Source: Octopus sinensis (Eukaryota). Taken from it: a DNA stretch of 64,000 nt. The position numbers and the translations under genes were made by a program. Each line of letters begins with the position of its first letter. Positions within the stretch are counted from its first letter, which is position 1. The stretch is taken from NCBI RefSeq assembly GCF_006345805.1, contig NC_042998.1, forward strand, positions 144,894,001 to 144,958,000. Direction: 5' to 3'. Below the pieces are notes generated by a model that was not told where the DNA came from, searched no databases, and was given only the letters and a program-made list of their open reading frames with translations. Shown in pieces: positions 12,329 to 24,700 of this stretch.

Positions 12329-13382
12329 TGCCGGCCAAGTAGTGTGGAGCGACTGACCTCCCTTGTTCAAAGGTTATATGGATACAGTTTGTGTATCAAA
12401 TAGCTAACTTAAGGCGATGGCCTCATGGAGCTAATAAGCGGTCAGCTTTATTCTTATTTTTATAAGAATGCCATATTAGTATGGCGATAACTAATATTTT
12501 CCGGGAACGCTGCCGTTGTTCTCTTTTAGAGAGACTTAGTAATTTTAATATTTCTATTATTTACTTTTTAATAACGTGAAATAACGAAGCTACTTCATTA
12601 GCTATTAACAAAGTTGAAAACAAGTCAGGCACTCCCCCACAACCTTTTTTTTTTTTTTTTCAGGTCTTGTTTTTAAAGGATAGTTGAAATAGTAGAAAAA
12701 TATTCTAAATCATTAAACAAATTTTGGATATATAACCTAAAATTGAAAGCCACAAAATTATTTCAATTACAGTCTTTAAAAAATATTTTTTTCTTTTAGT
12801 AAAATACAAGAAATACTTCATTTTTGATTTTTGAGTATTTATTTTCAGGAAATGATCAATAATTCTTAACGATAGTTCTTGTTAGCAACTGCATATTTTC
12901 AAATCACTTTATGGAAGATTTCTTTCAGTTACTACCAAGAGTTGTGAGACTTAAAATGTAAAGCTATATATATATATGAGCTGCCAGTAGTAGCCACTTC
13001 TTGTCCTATTTCATAACCTATTTTCCAATCATTAGGGTATCTCTAATGAGCTGCTTCTTTCAGATTTCACAACCTGTCAACTGTCTTCTCTCCAACCCAA
13101 TTAAATGCTGACAGCCCACACATGCTTCAGTTTTGAAAACTCCCTAATTTATCAATTTCAAGTCAGGTTTGCAACAATTTTCATTGACATGCTTGTTCTT
13201 TTATGTAACTAATTTATATACAACTTATTCACAGATAATAGAATATGAACTAAAATTAAAGGTTGGTACTACAAGTCAGCTTTACTCAACAAAATACATC
13301 AATGTTGACACAATTCTAAAACAACCACTCCATTAAAATTATACTAATGACTTAAAAATACAATTAAACTAAAACATATATA

Positions 13383-13830
13383 TGAAGCCTGATCAAAAAG
13401 TATCAGGACTGTTGCTATAGCAACAGAGCTAAAGTATGCAGAGTGAAACCCCTTGGCACATTGACTTTGAACTCTGTAACACATGCACATTAAGTTATAA
13501 TGTTCTTGCTCACTTCCATTGTTTATAGCAGTGCTTGGAAGTAAAGTGTGTAGAGTGTAGTTGTCTCAAAATTGAAGGTCAGGTTTCAGCTGCGCAGGAT
13601 CATCTTCAATGTGTCAAAGACAAAAACAGGTGGTGAATTGTATGTCTATGGCTATGATCCCAAAACCAACGCTTGAACGGAACAAGATTTCTAGACATTG
13701 AGGAAATCCAAGATAATGCAATGAGGCAGCTGCTAGCTATCCCCCCAAAAAGAGCTCCAGGAATGTTTCCATCAATGGAAATGATATTGGATAACTCACT
13801 GTATTCTTAAAAACACTTGTATCAAAAGAC
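13383..13830 (+). mobile_element. Mariner-type transposon remnant (internally deleted)
   Basis: TIR-like TGAAGCCTGATCAAAAAGTATCAGGACT after TA; degenerate peptides VYGYDPKT and DIEEIQDNAMRQLLAIP..LQECFHQWK. Confidence 0.7.
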
Positions 13831-16609
13831 AAGTATATTTGGTTATAAACCCCCCCCCCCCCAAAAAAAAACATACTCTACAGAACTTGATTTATGCATG
13901 TGGAGCTAAGCTAATATTTTCAGTTTGTATATAACCCACACCACTTGTTCTATCCTCACTCACTTCTACAATTTATACCTTCGCGTTCCATGTTCACACC
14001 TCATTATTCTGGCTCCTGCTCTCATACTTTAACATCCAGGTCTAGCATAAAGCCTCCTGCCTCTCAACTGTAGCTTCACTCAGTTGAAGATTTAAGTTTT
14101 GCAAGTGTATGACAACCTCACTTGTGCTAGTACCATGAAAAAAAAAAGCACCATGTACATTCTGTAAACAGGTTGGCACTAGGATGGCTATCTAACTGTT
14201 GAAACCACACTGAAGCAGACATTGAATCATGATGTAGTCCTCAAACTAGTTGGATACCGTCTAACTGTCCAACCAATGAAACATAGACATTAAAAGACAG
14301 TGATGATGACAATGACCATCTTTTATAGGTAAGCTCTGATGTGTTTAAAAATCAACATTTACATACAAGCTTGACTTCATATTCATACAACTCAGGATGA
14401 TAAATCTCATCAGCTGAAATATTTATTAGTTGCTTAAGGAAAAACATCAATACAAGTGTGAGAAAAAATACAAACTAAATATTCTAACAGCACAACTGCA
14501 ATTAAATTAACACATCAGTGGTATGAAACAAACCATACACAAAACTAAAACTACAGAAAATTATGTAATTTTGAAATTAATGTTTAATATTTATCATGAA
14601 ATTAGTTTCTTGACAAGTTAATAATAAAAATAGTTGTTTGAATTGTAGTAGTGTTGACAACAGAGCTGGATTTAATGAAAGAACAGAAAAAGGACAGGGA
14701 AATTCATTCAACCAATCCATGTCATATAGAAAATACACTCATCATCATCAAGTTAACATTTGCTTTTCCATACTTGCATGAGTCAGAATTAAGGCAGTTT
14801 TTCTACTGCCAGATACCCTTCTTGTCACCAACTCTCACCAGTTTCTCAGCAAGATAATATTTCCCCCTTTGGCCAGACATTTTTGTAGAATATTGGAAAT
14901 GAATAATACTGTATGACAGTGACACTCATAACTATCATGTGATGTCAGCACACACACACGTTTCTTTCAATTTCCATCAACCAAATCTATTCATGAGGCT
15001 TACTCAGCCAGGGATTATAGTGAAAGACACTTGCCAAATGTCCCATACACTGGAACTTAACTAAAAAAAAAAAAAAACATGTGGTTGAGAAGCAAATTTG
15101 TTAACCACACAGCCATAATGTGTTTAAAAAGTTCACACACATACAATGAGCTTGCATGACTCACATATTAAAAATGGATAGTCTTCTCTAGATTTCTTAC
15201 TTAAAAAGACCAAAAGTAATCAGACATTTGATGTAATTTTTTGAAAACAAAATTAATTAAAAAATTATGAAAATAACACAAAAAAATTAAGAATCTTTCA
15301 TTTCTTGCCCTCCTCTCCTGCATTTGCTTACAGACTAAACATTATACAACTACTAGAAAGCATTTGTCTTTACAAGCATGTTAACCTAAAGCTTTTCTTA
15401 GATGTATGTGGCACTGCTTGCAGCTACCTCCTCATAAAACCTTCTGCATTATTAAGACAACTGCTATCTTACATTTTTTTTTTTTTTATTATTTTTACCT
15501 GTGTTCATCCCATAATAAGTAAACCTAAAAGAGATCTTCCATAACATTTGTCTTCAGTGCAAATTATGATTCTGAATTCTTTAAAACTTTTCCATCCTGA
15601 GATGACACGTTTGTGAGAGTTTAAATATTAAACATAATTAGTGATTAAAAATAACAGAAATAATGAAAGAACAAAAGAATCCTATGTAAACTTGACACCA
15701 GCAAAGAAGATGAAAAAAGAAAGGTAAACAATGCATTCTCATGAAAGACTGAGTGAGTTTTGACCCTCTCTTCTTCCCTTCTCCCTCTCTCTCACTTTTA
15801 CAAGCCACCTCGAAAATAGAAATTGTTACCCAAGAATGCACCTAAAAATAAAATAAATGGAGAATGGGGAAAGCAAGAGAATGATAAGAAATATAATCAA
15901 GGATAAAAAGGAAAGAGTTAAAAAAAAATACCAAAACAATTTTGAATTTTTTCCTTTTCCTTCTTTTTTTTTTTTTTGAAGTATAGCAAACGAAAAAAAT
16001 GCACAAACAAATAATAAATAATTAGATACATAATTAACCAGCTAAGGTGTTGAAGGAGTAAAAGTAAATATAGAACATGAAGAAAATCTGAGTCAAGATA
16101 TAAGGATTAGCAACAACAAGCTCTCAAAGACTTAGACAACTATAGCAACAGAAAGATAAGTGATTTAAGTGTTATAGAGGAAATAGAGGTTGAACAAAAT
16201 TAGAGAATGACATTGAATAATATTTTAAAAGCCCATAGGAACTAAAAAAAAAAAAATACTTTTATACTTTTATTGTTATCTAAATTTTATGTCAGTTCAA
16301 AGTAAACATTAAAGGTTATTTTACAATCGGTTGATGGTAAAGTTTTATTTTTGAAAGATTTTTCCCATTGGAATAAGAAAATTCACAATGTATAGACAAT
16401 TTCAAAGCTCTTCTGTGTATCTAAATACACAGTCAATGAATACATGCATATACTAACTGCAGTGCATTCATGTTTGACAATGCAATCAATATAATCAATC
16501 AATGAGTTCAATCTTCAATATTTAGATTTCCAGTTTTCCTGAAATCAAAAATTCAAGTTTAAATAGTCAATAAAAATCCAATACAGTATGGAGGGAGGGG
16601 AGAGAAAAA

Positions 16610-17265
16610 ATTTCTTATAATAATAATAATAATGATTTCTTTATTAACCACTCTTGTACATGGCCAACAATTTGAAGGGAAGGGATTAGTTGATACCATT
16701 AACCCCAGCACATACAATAGGATGAAAGGCAAAATTGACCTCAAAATGTAAAATGCTGGGACAAATACTACAAAGTAATTTTTCCAATGCTCCAATGATT
16801 CTGTCAGCTTAATACTTTATAGTATAGGCACAAGGCTTGAAATTTTGGCAGAAGGGGCTAGTTGATTAATTTGACCCTAGTGCTTAACTGGTACTTAATT
16901 TATCGACCATGAAAGAATGAAAGGCAAAAGCCAAATTTGAATTTAGAGAGTAAAGATGGATGAAATGTCACTAAGCATTCTGTCTGACATACTAATGATT
17001 CTGCCAGCTGCTACTTTAATAATGATAATCATTTCTAATATAGGTACAAGGCCAGGAATTTTGAGGGAAGGGGTAAGACAGTTACATTAGTTCCCAGTAC
17101 TAGGCTGGTACTTTATTTTATCGACCCTGGAAGGATGAAAATGCAAAGTCGACCTTCATGGAATTTGAACTCAGAACATAAAGAAATGGAAGAAATGCCA
17201 CAAGCATTTTATCTGACATGTTAGTGATTCTACCAGCCAATAATAATAATAATAATAATAATAAT
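16610..17265 (-). mobile_element. Head-to-tail array of 3 tRNA-derived SINE copies separated by (AAT)n-like spacers
   Basis: Repeated block ..CACAAGGC..GAAATTTTG..GACCC..ACTGGTACT..TCGACC..GGATGAAAGGCAAAGTCGACC..GAATTTGAACTCAGAAC..ATGATTCTGCCAGC. On the minus strand this reads as A box GCTGGCAGAA and B box GAGTTCAAATTC. Confidence 0.75.
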
Positions 17266-17689
17266 ATTAATAATAATAAATCACACAAAGAAAGCAGAAA
17301 ATAAAAGTAATGAAAGTTCAATTTGAAAATGAAACTGAAACTATTCTAACCGAATATTGAATTGCCTTGGATGACAAAGATCCTGAAGACAATGAAAAAA
17401 AAAACTATATAAGATTAAATTCAAAAAGAAAATGATTACAGTTAAGTACTTAATTAAGATAACATCATGTCTGCAACAACAGATGAAATAATAAATTGAT
17501 TAGAAAAATAGTAGGAAAAAATAAATAAATAAAAATAAAAAACCCACATTGGATCAATAGATTTCTATTCAATTTGCCTTCCATCAATAATAGTAACTAA
17601 AAGTTCAACAATAATTAAAACTAAAATTTTCAAAACAAAACAGGCCAATGTGAGTATGTATGCATATATAAATATGCACATACAACTGT

Positions 17690-17815
17690 ATATACATACA
17701 TAAAGTGTACACATTGTCAAACAGTATATACCATACAAATTTTTATGTGCATATATACATACACAAAGTGTATACATTATCAAACAGTATATACCATGCA
17801 AATCTGTATGTATGT
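17690..17815. repeat. Two-copy 63-bp tandem duplication in TA/CA-rich DNA
   Basis: AAAGTGTA(C/T)ACATT(G/A)TCAAACAGTATATACCAT at 17702 and 17765. Confidence 0.7.
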
Positions 17816-19670
17816 ATGTATACACATCCTATGTGACTTTGCATGTGTGTGTATACATACATAGAGAGACACCCACATACCTATGTGATTGTGCATGTAC
17901 ATATTTACAATAAAAAAAAAGTTTGCAAGTGTGTAAGTGAAACAAGGTATGTGTATGCATATGCATTAAGTATATATAAAATAAAATATAAAAACTAAGG
18001 ACAAACAGTGACACCTTTCTTAAGAACGTTAAACAGTAATTTAATAACAACCAAAAGAAATTCTATTTTGAAACATAAAGGCCTAAATAAACATAGAAGG
18101 TAATTGGAAAAGTGAAAGCATTTTTTCAATAACTTACTATTAAAATTAATGAAATCTGTGTGTAAAATCCTAACTGCTAGCAAGTCATTTTGAAGCATTT
18201 GTGCTGGAGGCCCATCTGACAAGAGATGTTACAGAATGCGGTTTATAGTCAGACTGTTTTTCCCCCTGTTATAAAGCTGCTTGTTGATTTGCACTTAAAA
18301 AGGTATCCTATTACAAAAGGACAGTGAAGATAAGTAATATACTATGGTACATATGGCACCCCCACCCATCTCATCCCCCTCCGCCTCCACGCAAACACAC
18401 CTCCCTCACCCCAACACATATACATATCTCTCTCTCTCTCCCTCTCTCTCTCAAAGCTGATTTCAGAACCCTCAGTAAAAATAACTGAGACATCCGTCAA
18501 CATACACTCACACATACACTCACACAAAGTGGTCTGTTATGTAAATTTCTTTAACAACAAATAAATAAAATGATGCTCAGGTATGCAACACTCAAAAAAA
18601 AAAGAGAGAGAGAGAGAGAAAAAAAGAGTAGGAACGTGATTTTAGTAGGGAAAAGTAAAAGTTAGGCTATATGAGATGCAGCAGCAGCATAAATGCTGGT
18701 GGAACCTTTCTGTGCAAGAGTGCTGGTAGCACAGCAATTTGACAAACACACCATTCTAAATACTTTTGCAGTTCTGAAAGTTTTCAAGGTATTCTTTGAT
18801 TTACCTTTACATGCAAAAATGAAAGCCTAACTGGATTATATTATGTTGTTATATTAATAATGTTTAACAAGAGAAAGGTGTAGAAAGGTAATCCACACAC
18901 AAACACACCTTGCCTTCTTCCCCAATCTCTCTCTTTTCTCCTTCCTTCTTTCTTTCCTACCCTTTATTCTTTTTATAGAAGCATGCCTAGATCTACATAC
19001 AGGCAGGGCAACATTATAATCTATTCCTAATGTTTTTAGCGATGAGATACAAGAAATTACTTTTTTTTCAGCTACACCTCCACTGCAGTCAGTGTATATA
19101 GGACCTCCAGACCTTCATAACTGCTGATATTTTGGTTTTCTACCATCTCCTCCCACTTTCTCTCCTTAACACATACAGTGTCAAGAGACACCTTTCTTCA
19201 TTGATAAAAATAAAAATACTAATAATAAATGTGGTGGTGGTGGTGGGTATGAAAACAACAACACTAGTGATGATTCAACTTAGATTAACAGAAAAAGGAA
19301 ATTAGCTGTAAGACTAGCAAAATTATATTTGAATTTGTTTTTTTTTTTTATTCCTTGCTTCTTTGGTATGTGTTATAGTGAAAGGTAAAGGGATGCAGTA
19401 AAATTCCTTGGTAATAAGGATAAAGTTAACAAAAATTATGTATTTTTAAACTTGATTTTTTGGCCACTTTCCAAAGATTTCCTAAAAACATCAGAAGAAT
19501 AAATTTTGCAAATTTGAAATTTATATTTATTAGATAATTTTCAAACACCCACTAACCAACCAACAATCCATAAAGGGAAACGGCACCTGTTCTCAGCCAA
19601 GTACACTGGAGTAAGTAGAGCAATGCAACAAGGTTAGATTGTGATTGAGGTCAGTAGCCCAATAAATTAA

Positions 19671-19839
19671 CCCTTTACCATTTAATATCATTCTAAATTT
19701 AATATCATTACAATATCATTCTAAAACGTAACAGTTTCCTCATCAAAATCTCAAAGCTACATGAAACTGCATTGATTAATTCAAAACAATGTGAATAAAT
19801 AAGCATTACTTCTGACAAAATAATGTGAATGCTAAAGGG
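19671..19839. mobile_element. piggyBac-type MITE (169 bp)
   Basis: TTAA-CCCTTTA(C/G)CATT ... AATGCTAAAGGG-TTAA termini with TTAA TSD at 19667-19670 and 19840-19843. Confidence 0.8.
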
Positions 19840-19902
19840 TTAAACCTTACAACAACTTTGATAGTCCAATATCAGAGGAAAAAAAACTCAGCACGATATG
19901 TA

Positions 19903-22900
19903 CAGGCATACCTCATGTTACAGGAATTTGACCTTACAGAAATTGCGAAGTAGAACCATTACTTTCGGGATATGGTCTGTAATTTTGCTCCTACAGAAAC
20001 TCATATTGCATAATTTTAAATTGTTAATGATCTAAAACTATACTTCCTTCTTAGCTCAATGGTCACTTGCATTTTAGTTAAATATAGTTCTTGATTTGAA
20101 AAACTATCATCAGGTTATACACATGCATGCACACACACACACCATCATTGCTTAACATCCGTTTTCCATAGTGGCATGGGTTAGATGATCTGATAGGAGT
20201 TGGCCAGCCAAGGAGCTGTCCCGACTCCAATTGTTTGTTGTGGCATAGTTTCTACAGCTGGATGCCTTTCCTAACACCAATCCCTTTACAGAGTGTGTTG
20301 TGTGCTTTTTACGTGCCACTGGCACAGGTGCGTTTACACAGCACTGCCACCTGTAAAGGACAAGCCTTTATATATGGATGACAGAGATTTTACTTAGTTT
20401 GACGCATCTTCTCAAGTACAGCAAATTGCCACAACTCCTGATCCCTTGTCATTTCCCAGCATCTGAAGATTCCTTCTCATCACTTTGTCCCACACCTTCT
20501 TGGGTCTAACCCTTCCACAGGTTTTCTCCACAATTAGAGCTTGGCACTTTATGTAGCTATCCTCATCCATATGCATCACATGACTTAAATCAGTGCAATT
20601 ATCTCTTGCACACAACATCTGATGCCTCTTAAACCCAGTTTTCTTCTTAAATCATTTATAAATAATGTACATAATGTGGGTACATATACAAACACTTATA
20701 TGAATATGTCTGTAAGTACTGTGCATTTCTATCATTACCATGAGCACAACCATCAATAGCAACAGTAATATATTGTATGAAGTAGATAAGCAAATCTATT
20801 TCAAATAAAAATAATGTGGTATCCTAGTGTATTTTAAATGTGGAATAAAATGTCCTTGATCTTAGGTCTATAAGGATTGACTTAAGACTAAACAGCCACA
20901 GCAATGCAGTTAGCAAGAACAATATGACCACCACACCACCAACAATACCAGCCCATTGTCACAACTATAGCAATGCAATCCATATCACCCCCATTACCAA
21001 CACACCTTTTGAATCCAACTGGCTATAAAAGATATCAGCATGTGCACCAACACATGTGCATAAGTGTGTATGTGTGTGTGTGGGGGTGGTGGTAGTGATA
21101 TATGTTTATGTCTTAGGTCAGACATGCAAGGGATAAGGGATGAATTGACAATAAAATCTGGTAATCCTTCAGCTAACTGTAATCATAGTGTTTTCTCTTC
21201 CTCACTCCTTCACCGTTTCATCTCATTTTCATCGTTGCATCAATAGGAATAAGGCAATTTTCTACTCTCACAAATCAGATCTTTGCTGGGCCAATTCCTT
21301 TTACTACATATTTGTTGTAGATAATTTATTGCCACTACTGTTGGATTTGCCTTCATTTAAGATGTCTGGAAAGAAGCTATCAAGTTGATGTAAAGGTGGT
21401 AGTGCAAAAGCAACTGTAAAGGGCTTACACTGGATATTAAACTTGATGTTTAAAAAGACTTGATGCAAAAGTAAAACTAAGTTATACTGCCAAAACATTA
21501 AATCTTGTAACATCTACAGTGGGAACAATACATGATAACAGACAGGAAATTATATCAATTGCTCAAGAAGCTACTCTGTTAACTGTCTGGACCTTATTTT
21601 TCCATAGATCTAATATAATGCTTAAAATGGAATGACTTGATTGTATGGATCATTGATCAAAGTCAGTGTAATGATCTGATAAACATGGTGGTAATTAAAA
21701 AAAAAGAGCCTAAAGTTTATATGACAATTTGCAGAAAAAGGTGAAACTTCTAATGAAAAACCCTTTTTGGCTTATAAAGGCTGATTTGAAAGGCTTAAGA
21801 AGAATGTGAAATTGTACAACATAAAAATGATTAGTGAAACTGCAAGCTATGACAGAGGCTGCTACAAATTATCTTGAGCAGTTGAAGGAAATGAGTGCTG
21901 AATGCAGTTAAACACCAGGGCAAGTATACAACTTTTCTGAAAATGCATACCTGCTAGAACTCTTATTTCTCAAGAAGAAAATAAAAATCAACATCAAGAT
22001 TTAAAGCTTCCTTCGTGAGGAAATGCCAGTAGTGAAATGAAATGAAAACACCTACCCATGTCTCACTCTGAAAAGGACATTTACAGGTTACACAAAGATT
22101 AATCTACCTTTAAAATAAGAAGGAATGGATAACTAAGAACCTTTTCAAAGAGTGGTTTGTCCTGCCATAAAAAGTTACAGTGCCAGGCAATACTTCCAAC
22201 AAAACATTGCTTCTTTTAGACAATGCACTAAACCACACAGCAAACTGAGATGACGTTTCTGATAATGCAAGAGTAGAACATATACCCAAGAATACAACTT
22301 CATTTTCAATGGATGAAAGTCTGACAAAGGCATATCATATGAGAACTTTTAAATAACTTATGAAAGCAACTGACAGGGAAGATGAGCCTACAATTGGAGA
22401 TTTCTGGAAGAAATTCAACATAATAGATGCTGTGGATAATATAGCCAAGTCATGGGATAAAGCAAAACCTTAATTCTGAATAGTGCTTGGAAAAATATAT
22501 GGCCAGACTGTATCAGTAACATTACGAGTTTTCCTCAAGCAGAAAGTCTACATCAAATTCAGAAAGATATAGAGACACTTGCAAATGATGTTGGATTTGA
22601 AGATGTCATAGAGGATGATATGTCTGAGTTGATACTACCCTAGAGAGAAAGTTTGTCTAATGAGGAGCTGATGCTGTTAGAAAAAGAACAAGTTGAGAAT
22701 ATAGATGAGACAATGGAAGTTCCATCTACACCACTTAAATTGACTACAAAAATTATTGCTAAAGGATTGGCACTTATAGAGGAAGATCTGCAGGTTTTTG
22801 CTGATAATGATCCTAATTGTGAATGTAATATAAAAATTACAAGAGGAGTTTACAATGAGCTCAGTTCCTATACTGAGCTGTACAAAGAGATGTGTCATAA

Positions 22901-23369
22901 ACGACTTTGGATAAGATCTTGATCTTCACCCCTCAAGTTGATGTTCAGGATAATGAATTATAAGACAATAAATATTGTACAATAGTAAATATTGTCTCAT
23001 CCTCCTGCTAATGCTCATTCCACCACCACTCCTCACACAATAGTCAACATCTTTTGTATTAGGAATGTACTCTTACAAGATAATTTTTAATAATTCCCTA
23101 ACGTATTCCTTGTAAAATAGTTTTATTTTTATCTATATTGTACTGTGTATGTTTAGAAATAGTTATTTTCATGTACAAAAGTGATTGTGTTGCTTGTTCT
23201 CTGTTGTTTTCTTGTGGGTTCCCCACCCAATCAAAAAATGTCTATAGGAATGCATTCTCACTTGATAATATTGAAAACCAATAGGAAAATTAATTTTGCA
23301 TTACACAATTTCATGTTACAGCCAAATTTTCAGGAATACATTACTTCTGTAAAGCAAGAGATTCCCATG
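19903..23369 (+). mobile_element. Decayed Tigger/pogo (TIGD1-like) transposon with a nested RTE fragment
   Basis: TA + TIR CAGGCATACCTC at 19903. Transposase remnants from 21362 (MSGKKLSS..LTLDIKLDV, CENP-B-type HTH) through IGDFWKKFNIIDAVDNIAKSWDK..NSAWKNIWPDC and LSNEELMLLE..IAKGLALIEEDLQVFADNDPN (22653-22922). Right TIR is degenerate. Confidence 0.8.
20145..20640 (-). mobile_element. RTE LINE 3' fragment
   Basis: HVMHMDEDSYIKCQALIVEKTCGRVRPKKVWDKVMRRNLQML plus the shared CCATG..GGAAAACGGATGTTAAGCAATGATG tail. Confidence 0.8.
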
Positions 23370-24341
23370 TGTGTGTGTGTGTGTGTGTGTGTGTAGGTGC
23401 AGGTATGACTGAGGTCAAGAAGCTCAATTTGCATCCACATGGCACCTTGGGAAAGTATCCTTTACTTTAGACCTGGGCCTTGTGAGTGAATTTGGTATAT
23501 GGAAACTGTGTAGAAGCCTTGAGTGTGTTCCCCCTTAGTTGGTTTATTCACATCCCTGTAACTTAGTGGGTCAGCAAATGAGACCAGTAGAATAAGTACC
23601 AGACTTATTTATTAAGTACTGGGGTGATTTGTTCAACCAAACCTTTCAAGACAGTGCATCAGCATGGCTGTAGTCCAATGACTGGAAGAAGTAAATGATA
23701 AAGGATATATAATGCTTTTTTCCAGATTGCTATGATCTGAACAAGATCATGCTATCACATAGATCAAACTGTTTTCTTTTTCTATATTAAAATTCCTACA
23801 AGATGGTGAACTGGCAGAATTGTTAGCATGTCAGGCAAAATGCTTAGTGGCATTCCATCCAGCTTTACATTCTGAGTTCAAATTCTACTAAGGTCAACTT
23901 TGCCTTTCATCTTTTTGAAGTCCATAAAATAAGTACCAATCAAGCACTGGGATAAATGTAATCAACTAGCCCCTCCCTTGAAAATCTCTGGCCTTGTACC
24001 AAAATTTGAAACCTTTATTAAGATTCCTACAGAGCCTTAGTTCTTCAGGTTATGTTGAACCACACTTAGCCTCAAATATTCTGCAACATATCTGATCTTA
24101 TTGTCTTTTATATTGAAAGTGGACTGCAAATCTCTGATTCATTGTATTTGGTACTGAGAATGACAATGTAGGCCATTGAAGTGTTGCTTATCTGAACAAA
24201 TTTGTATTGATATGGTTTCCCAACACGAACGCTTACTTTTACACACAAAAGTTAGATGGCTCTCAAAAGGTAAGATGCTATGTTGCATACTTGAACTCCA
24301 GGAAGAATTGCATGCATTTTTTAAAGAAGAAAAATAAGAAT

Positions 24342-24700
24342 AGAAATAATACATTTCTAAATATCTCAGAGAGATTTATGCAGTAGTGGTACAATAAAGT
24401 AGTTGTATACTGTCAACTTAATGTGACAGTCCCATGAAGGGAATCATACTACTGCTATTTAGCCCTAGGAAGCAGCAACGCTTCCAGTCGGCCATGCTAC
24501 TCCAGACTGATGATGAGCAAAGACTCAGAAACTAGTCTCTGAATGCAGGCTTAGCTGGGTGGAGGTGCTTATCTCCCCATTGAAAACATAAGGACACAAG
24601 AAATGTGTCAAGGCTGACAGGAAGCGTTGCTGCTTCCTAGGGCTAAATAGCAATAGTATGATTCCCTTCATGGGGCTGTCACATTAAGCTGACAGTATAC
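24342..24700 (+). mobile_element. 359-bp Penelope-like foldback insertion with about 83-bp inverted arms enclosing a hammerhead
   Basis: Arms about 24403-24485 and 24620-24702 are near-perfect reverse complements. 12-bp TSD with one mismatch: AAAAATAAGAAT (24330-24341) / AAAAACAAGAAT (24701-24712). Removing the insert rejoins the hAT transposase. Confidence 0.8.
24503..24541 (+). ncRNA. Minimal type I hammerhead ribozyme, canonical core
   Basis: Stem I CAGA/UCUG; CUGAUGA (24507-24513); stem II UGAG-CAAAGA-CUCA; GAAAC-UA-GUC with palindromic ACUAGU. Predicted cleavage 3' of C24537. Confidence 0.75.

Larger units (their letters stand above)
11008..12561 (+). repeat. 363-bp hammerhead-bearing tandem repeat (about 3.5 direct units, 11277-12561) preceded by a 272-bp inverted copy (11008-11279); Penelope-like pLTR / non-LTR retrozyme architecture
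   Basis: The same landmark AAGGTTATATGG occurs at 11281, 11644, 12007 and 12370 (period 363). Direct units differ at only a few positions; the inverted copy has about 5 extra differences. Flanked by TTATTTACTTTT at 10996-11007 and 12557-12568 (TSD-like). Confidence 0.92.

Noticed and set aside
15658-15723. Plus-strand mini-exon candidate (NNERTKESYVNLTPAKKMKKE, then GTAAAC)
   Set aside because: No polypyrimidine tract, purine-rich low complexity, and no recognisable homology.
22653-22922. 89-aa acidic ORF that could be read as a host gene
   Set aside because: It is the C-terminal part of the decayed Tigger transposase; upstream frames are broken, with no sign of domestication.
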